From: an uncultured Eubacteriales bacterium | Lineage (GTDB): Bacteria; Acidobacteriota; Aminicenantia; Aminicenantales; Aminicenantaceae | Assembly (NCBI GenBank): GCA_964410125.1 | Contig: CAYPGQ010000001.1 | Location: 54,549 to 118,548, forward strand | Direction: 5' to 3' | DNA length: 64,000 nucleotides | Shown here: one piece after another, positions 58,494-64,000 of the stretch | How positions within the stretch are numbered: the stretch's first letter is position 1 | Layout: every line of letters begins with the position of its first letter | Position numbers and translations under genes: made by a program | The notes under the pieces: model-generated | Told to the model about the DNA's origin: nothing | Databases searched by the model: none | The model's input: only the letters and a program-made list of their open reading frames with translations

Positions 58494-61400
58494 GGCTGTT
58501 GAAGTTAGCCCATGCCTTCTTGAACTCTCCTATCTTCTTGGAAGAAAAGCCCCGGATGCGGTCGCCATAAAAATAAAAGATGGGGATGACGATCAAGATA
58601 AAAATCGTGGAGCTGATCAATCCTCCCACTGCTGACAGGGCAAGTGAAGACCAGAGGCGGCGTCTTTCGACCTCCAGTTGGATCAATATCAAAGGAAACA
58701 TTCCCAAAACAGTCGTGCTCGTGGTCATGAAGATCGGGCGTATCCTTTCCCTAGCTCCGGCCAAAACAGCATCGAGCACAGGGAGGCCTTCTTTTTTCTT
58801 CAAATTGATGTGATCCACAAGAAGTATGGAGTTGTTGACCACAATCCCACCCAGCAGAATAACGCCTATGTAGGCCGAGGAATCAAACGGAAAATCGGCG
58901 ATGACAAAAGCCACGAACACCCCGATCAAGGCTAAGGGTACAGCCAACAGGATGAAAAAAGGCTGGATGAACGATTCATACAAAGACGCTAAAATCATAA
59001 AAATGATGATTAACGAAAAGATGATGGCAAACTTGATCTGGCCCAATTCTTCCTCGGTCATGCGCCAATCATATCCTTCTAAAGTCGCCGAAAATCCAGG
59101 CGGTAATGAGAGCTTGTTAAAAAGTGCCTCCTTATAACGTTCTGCAGCTTTGTGAGGTCCTCGGAATTCCCACATAAGAGTTTGCTGGAATTCCTGATCT
59201 TCCCTGTCGATCGATCCGGCGATCGGCCACTCTTCAAGAACGGAGATGTCCTTCAATCTCAACAATTCTCCCCCCTGAGTCTGGATAATCTCATTCTGCA
59301 GGCCTTTTAGGTCGATCAAAGCCGCTTCAGGAAATTTTATCGAGATGTCTGTCTCCTTGCCTTCGATTTTGGCCTTTAGAGGCATCGACAACCGTCCAGC
59401 CATTAAAACCTGGAGATGATAGTAGAGATACTGGGGATCGATGTTGTATTGGCGGAGAATCTCTTTATCGATCTTCAAAACATATGCGTAGGAATCCAGC
59501 CTCCACCAACCGAAGCGGCCGGATGTTATTTTGACATCCTTTATGCGCGGATTTCTCTTCAAGGTGTTCTCGAGGTTGGACGTGATCTCCTGGAGTTTTT
59601 TCAGGTTATACCCATAAAATTTTATCCGTGAATCATAATAGGTCGTGGGCCCGATGGAAGAATAATAGCCTTGAGGATCAAAGCCAGAAACTCCGATACT
59701 GATCCCTGCAAAATTGGTGGCCAGTTGAATCAACTCTTCCTTCAGCACATAGGGATGGTAGGAGAATTCGATCTCCGGGGGAAATTCTATGGAAATGTAG
59801 GCTCTCTCAGACATTACGGTTGTGTTCATCTCCTTTTCGTAGGACTTTTGCATTACCTTTTCTTCGAACTTCATGATCACGTTGTCTGTCGCTTCGATCG
59901 GTGTTCCGGGAGGCATGCCTACGGAAACAAAAAGTCTCTGCTGGTACTGCCAGGAAAAAAAGGACCCGATGGTCACTTCGGAACGGAACCATTTGTAAGC
60001 CCCGAAAAAGATGGCCGCGATGATCAGAATGACTTCTATCGGATGACGGATCAGAAACTTCAGAGATTTCACATAAAAATTACGGACTTTTTCCTCTTTT
60101 TTCTCCTTTCGCTCCTTCAGCAACCGTGGGCTCATGGCCGGAATGAGCGAAAAAGATACCAGGAGAGAAGCCGCCAAAGCGGAACTAATGACAATGGCTA
60201 ACGGGAGATAATAAATCTTCATGCGGCCAGTGAAATAAACAAACGAGAAAAAAACACTCATGGTGGTCAATGTCGCCGCCAATACAGGAAGAAATACCTC
60301 TTTTGCTCCTTGAATAGCCGCTTTAATCGGAGGAACGCCTCTCTCTCTCAATCGGAGCACGTTCTCGAATACAACGATGGAATTATCCACAAACAGGCCG
60401 AATCCAAGAGCCAATCCTCCCAACGTAAACATATTCAAGGAAATCTTGAAAAAGTAGATCAAATTGAATGTGATCAAAACGGAAAAGGCTATGGAAGAGA
60501 GGACAAGAATAGAGGGCTTGAAACTCCTCAACACAACAAAAACCAGGATAAAAATGACACCGACGATGATTCCCACCAGAAGATAGAGCTCCCCCAGTCC
60601 CTTGCCTATTTTTTCGCTTTCATCATTCACAACCCGGAAAACCAAATCCTGCGGTAATTCTTGTTTGACTTCTTCAAGTTTATTCTTAACAGCCTTTGCC
60701 ACTTTTAGTGTACTTGTTCTTGGGGTTTTGTAGACCGTCATCCTGATCGTTGGCTGCCCGTTGATCCTGTTTATGTAATAAACATCCTGGTAAGAAGGGA
60801 AGATTTTTGCAACATTCTTTAATTTGACCGGATTCTCCCCAGAGTGGATCACAACAATTTCCCCCAATTCCCTGGTGCTTGTAATCGGGTTTGAAACCTT
60901 GAAGATATACTCCTGGGCTCCTTTTTGGACTCTTCCAGCGGGATAGATCTCGATCCTCTCCTGGATGCGGTAGCGGACTTGAAATGGGGATATCCCAAAC
61001 GCTTTGAGCTTTTCTTTATCAAGGAGTATCTTAATTTCCGGGTCAGAGCCCCCCGTCACAGAAACACCAGCGACGCCCTTAATGGAACCGATTCCGATCT
61101 CGATACGATCCTTAATATGCTCTCTCAGTTTATGGAGTGAATAACTCCCGGAGATTGTGTATTCCAGGAAGTCCTCTTCCTGGAATTCCTCGGGCTCATA
61201 GGGTTGCACGGTGGGGCGCACACTGTAGGGAAGGACATCGCGTAGCTCGGCAATTTTTTCTCTGAGGGCAAGATGGGCGAACTCCATGTTTGTTTTTTCG
61301 TCGAATTCCAGAGTTATCCTCGAACTGCCGTTTTGCGACTCGGAATAAATCTTGCGGATTCCTTTGACCGTCGAGACTTTTTCTTCGATAGGAGCGGTAA

Positions 61401-61578
61401 TCTCGGTCTGAATGACCTCAGGCGGTACGCCCTGCCAGGATGTGTTGATGTTAAGCTCGGGAAACTCTTCTTTGGGAGCCAGCTCTAAAGGCAAGTTCAT
61501 AAAAGAATACACACCAAGAACGAGCAAGGCCATGAATATCATGGCTGTGGCGATCGGCCGCTCGACAAAAATCTTCAT
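58489..61578 (-). CDS. AcrB/AcrD/AcrF family RND transporter
   Basis: FVERPIA, GLFVDNSIVVFEN, GIVVNNSILLVD, RIRPIFMTT. Confidence 0.94.
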   Translation of the reverse strand: MKIFVERPIATAMIFMALLVLGVYSFMNLPLELAPKEEFPELNINTSWQGVPPEVIQTEITAPIEEKVSTVKGIRKIYSESQNGSSRITLEFDEKTNMEFAHLALREKIAELRDVLPYSVRPTVQPYEPEEFQEEDFLEYTISGSYSLHKLREHIKDRIEIGIGSIKGVAGVSVTGGSDPEIKILLDKEKLKAFGISPFQVRYRIQERIEIYPAGRVQKGAQEYIFKVSNPITSTRELGEIVVIHSGENPVKLKNVAKIFPSYQDVYYINRINGQPTIRMTVYKTPRTSTLKVAKAVKNKLEEVKQELPQDLVFRVVNDESEKIGKGLGELYLLVGIIVGVIFILVFVVLRSFKPSILVLSSIAFSVLITFNLIYFFKISLNMFTLGGLALGFGLFVDNSIVVFENVLRLRERGVPPIKAAIQGAKEVFLPVLAATLTTMSVFFSFVYFTGRMKIYYLPLAIVISSALAASLLVSFSLIPAMSPRLLKERKEKKEEKVRNFYVKSLKFLIRHPIEVILIIAAIFFGAYKWFRSEVTIGSFFSWQYQQRLFVSVGMPPGTPIEATDNVIMKFEEKVMQKSYEKEMNTTVMSERAYISIEFPPEIEFSYHPYVLKEELIQLATNFAGISIGVSGFDPQGYYSSIGPTTYYDSRIKFYGYNLKKLQEITSNLENTLKRNPRIKDVKITSGRFGWWRLDSYAYVLKIDKEILRQYNIDPQYLYYHLQVLMAGRLSMPLKAKIEGKETDISIKFPEAALIDLKGLQNEIIQTQGGELLRLKDISVLEEWPIAGSIDREDQEFQQTLMWEFRGPHKAAERYKEALFNKLSLPPGFSATLEGYDWRMTEEELGQIKFAIIFSLIIIFMILASLYESFIQPFFILLAVPLALIGVFVAFVIADFPFDSSAYIGVILLGGIVVNNSILLVDHINLKKKEGLPVLDAVLAGARERIRPIFMTTSTTVLGMFPLILIQLEVERRRLWSSLALSAVGGLISSTIFILIVIPIFYFYGDRIRGFSSKKIGEFKKAWANFNSP

Positions 61579-64000
61579 GATTTATTTTTCTCTGCTTTTC
61601 TTTTCTCAGCCAGATCATAAGATAGGGGAATAAGGATTAAGGTCAGGAAGGTGGCTAACATCAAACCACCTATGACCGATATGGCAAGAGGCTGTTGAAG
61701 CTCTGCGCCTTTTCCCAGGCCTAAGGACATCGGGAAAAGTCCAAAGGCCGTGGTGACCGTGGTCATCAGGATCGGCCTGAGCCTCACCTTGCTGGCCTCC
61801 ATGATGGCCTCTCGCAAGGCCATGCCTTTTTTCCTGAGTTGATTAGTGTAGTCTATTTTGACGATGGCGTCGTTGACCACAATCCCCGCTAAAACGACCA
61901 TCCCCATGACAGAGATCACGTTCAATGTTTGCCCTGTGATGTACAGGGCCCATATAGCGCCGGTCAAGCCCATAGGGAGTGTAAAAAGGATCAAAAAGGG
62001 ATGAAGGAGCGATTCGAACTGGGCGGCCATGATCATGTAAACCAAAAGCACCGCCAGGGAGAAAGCAAAGATCAGACTCCGGAAAGATTTGGCCATTTCT
62101 TCCTGTTCGCCGCTGAACACAACTCTATAGTTTGGCGGCAATTCCAGTTCATCGATTTTCTCTCTGATCTGAGGAGCCACCTGGCTGATTTTGGTCCCGC
62201 GCAAATTGGCCGTCACCAGGACTTCTCTCTGTTGATTCTCTCTCCGAATCTCCTTCGGTCCACGCGCAAGCTCGTAATACACCAGTTCTCTCAAGGGGAT
62301 AAGGTTTCCTTGATGATTGATCTGTTCATTGAGAAGGAATTCGATGTTATCTCTCACATCCTCAGTAAGACGGACCAGAATGTCGTATTTCTTTTCCATC
62401 TCCTTAAACTGCGTATCTCTTCTTCCTCTGACCGCATCCGTAAAATATGAGCCGATCGTTGCAGCCGAGATATCATATTTTTCCAGGGCTCCCTTCCTAA
62501 TCTTGATCAAAAACTCTGGTTTTCCTTCACCGATATTGGTGCTGATATCGGCAATCCCTTGAATGCCATTCAATTTTTCGACAAGTTCAAGGGCCAGTCC
62601 ATTCAATTTGTTGAGATCCTCCCCCTTGATTTTCAATCCGATCTCGGCCGTGGCAAAAGCCAAGAACTGTGCCATGGTGGACTGTTCCTTGATGATCGAG
62701 TAGGTCAGGCCAGGAAATTTATCCATTCTTTCCCTCAAATACTCGATCGTTTCGTCAACCGCGGATGATTGATCCACTTCCACATAAATTCTACCGGAAT
62801 TGACAGAAATATCCGGATTTTGGCTCTCCAAACCTGAAACAATCCCGACTTGAGAAAAATAATCGACCACACTCTTTTTCTGGCCCAGTGCTTGTTCGAG
62901 GGAGGCGACCACATCGGCAGTTTGCTCAAAAGAAAAGTCGATCGGCGTTTTTAAGTTGGCCTCGAACGAGACTGTCTCTGGTTTGGGCATGAGTTCTCGC
63001 GGGATCTTTGTGGCCACAAATAAAGTAAGCGATAGAAAAAATAACGATCCCAGAAGAACCTTGCCCTTGTTATCCAGGCTCCATAAGAGAAACTGATGGT
63101 ACACAAGAGCAAACCTCTGATAAAAAGCGTTGTATGCTTTAAAAATAGCCCGTACTACGGGTCTGAAGGGAATGGCAATATAATGGACGATCAAAAGGAC
63201 GGCTTGGACGATAAAACTGAACAGAAAGTTGAGCACCCAATAGACTACCTTAAACAGGAAATAAACGAGCCTTCGCAGACCTTTGTACGGCAGCCCCAAG
63301 AAATGCCATTTGGATTTTTTTGGGTGCTCGTCAAGATGTTCTATTTCAGCTGAATCTTCTGCTCCTTTTTTGTCTTTTTCGATGGCCAATCGGCGGGACG
63401 CCAGCATCGGGAGCAAAGTCAAAGAAACGATCAAGGATGAGAGGAGAGCAAAAGTAACCGTCAGGGCTTGGTCTTTAAAGAGCTGACCTGCTACTCCATG
63501 AACATAAATGATCGGGAGAAAAACCGAAATGGTCGTTAGAGTCGATGCCGTGACTGCCATGCCGACTTCTTTGGTGCCCGACAAAGCGGCCTCGAACAGG
63601 GACTTCCCCAAAGATCTATGCCGGAAAATGCTCTCGGATACAACGATGGAGTTGTCTACCAGCATTCCACAGCCCAAGGCAAGTCCTCCTAAAGACATGA
63701 TATTCAGGGTGATGTCCCTGAAATAAAGAAGGTTAAAAGTGGCAATGATAGAAATTGGAATAACCACGGCAATGATGGACGGTGTTTTGAAATCCTGGAG
63801 AAAGATGATCAGGACAAAAAAAGCCAAAATCCCACCAAAAATGATAGCGTTCAACACAGAAGAGATGGCATTTTCGATGTATTTGGCCTGCTCTGAGACG
63901 ATCAGGATGTCTATCTGAGTGTTTTCCTGTTCGATCTCTTCCATGACCTCCCTGGCTAATTGTGTCACTTCTACCGTGTTGGCGCCGGATTCTTTTCTGA
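61575..64000 (-). CDS. second AcrB-family RND transporter (5' part outside window)
   Basis: GMLVDNSIVVSE, AAQFES, RLRPILMTT; frame open to the window edge (RKESGANTVEV). Confidence 0.93.
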   Translation of the reverse strand, partial: RKESGANTVEVTQLAREVMEEIEQENTQIDILIVSEQAKYIENAISSVLNAIIFGGILAFFVLIIFLQDFKTPSIIAVVIPISIIATFNLLYFRDITLNIMSLGGLALGCGMLVDNSIVVSESIFRHRSLGKSLFEAALSGTKEVGMAVTASTLTTISVFLPIIYVHGVAGQLFKDQALTVTFALLSSLIVSLTLLPMLASRRLAIEKDKKGAEDSAEIEHLDEHPKKSKWHFLGLPYKGLRRLVYFLFKVVYWVLNFLFSFIVQAVLLIVHYIAIPFRPVVRAIFKAYNAFYQRFALVYHQFLLWSLDNKGKVLLGSLFFLSLTLFVATKIPRELMPKPETVSFEANLKTPIDFSFEQTADVVASLEQALGQKKSVVDYFSQVGIVSGLESQNPDISVNSGRIYVEVDQSSAVDETIEYLRERMDKFPGLTYSIIKEQSTMAQFLAFATAEIGLKIKGEDLNKLNGLALELVEKLNGIQGIADISTNIGEGKPEFLIKIRKGALEKYDISAATIGSYFTDAVRGRRDTQFKEMEKKYDILVRLTEDVRDNIEFLLNEQINHQGNLIPLRELVYYELARGPKEIRRENQQREVLVTANLRGTKISQVAPQIREKIDELELPPNYRVVFSGEQEEMAKSFRSLIFAFSLAVLLVYMIMAAQFESLLHPFLILFTLPMGLTGAIWALYITGQTLNVISVMGMVVLAGIVVNDAIVKIDYTNQLRKKGMALREAIMEASKVRLRPILMTTVTTAFGLFPMSLGLGKGAELQQPLAISVIGGLMLATFLTLILIPLSYDLAEKRKAEKNKS

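Overview
Bacterial chromosomal segment of about 45 genes. The gene repertoire (GWxTD proteins, Oar-like TonB receptor, sulfatase-TPR, VPS10-type protein, many lipoproteins) suggests an anaerobic Acidobacteriota / Ca. Aminicenantes-like organism; this taxon call is inference only. Most genes serve peptide, amino-acid and sugar catabolism, plus housekeeping tadA, tRNA-Ser(CGA), thrC, hflKC and two RND pumps. Highlights: (1) a complete reductive dehalogenase rdhABC operon; (2) an AT-rich five-gene island (XRE-cytidylyltransferase fusion, methyltransferase, organophosphate MFS, phosphate-type porin, CDP-alcohol phosphotransferase) that looks like a kinase-free head-group salvage pathway; (3) a family of structured, ERIC-like miniature inverted-repeat elements with compensatory base changes and a variable cargo stem (3 full copies plus solo ends); (4) three uncharacterised lipoproteins sharing an E(E/H)IxH..EY motif, two with RTX tails; (5) an arginine synthetase (ArcE)-like gene paired with OTCase; (6) several genes eroded by clean internal deletions. 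No CRISPR array, rRNA or transposase seen. All calls were made by eye without database searches.
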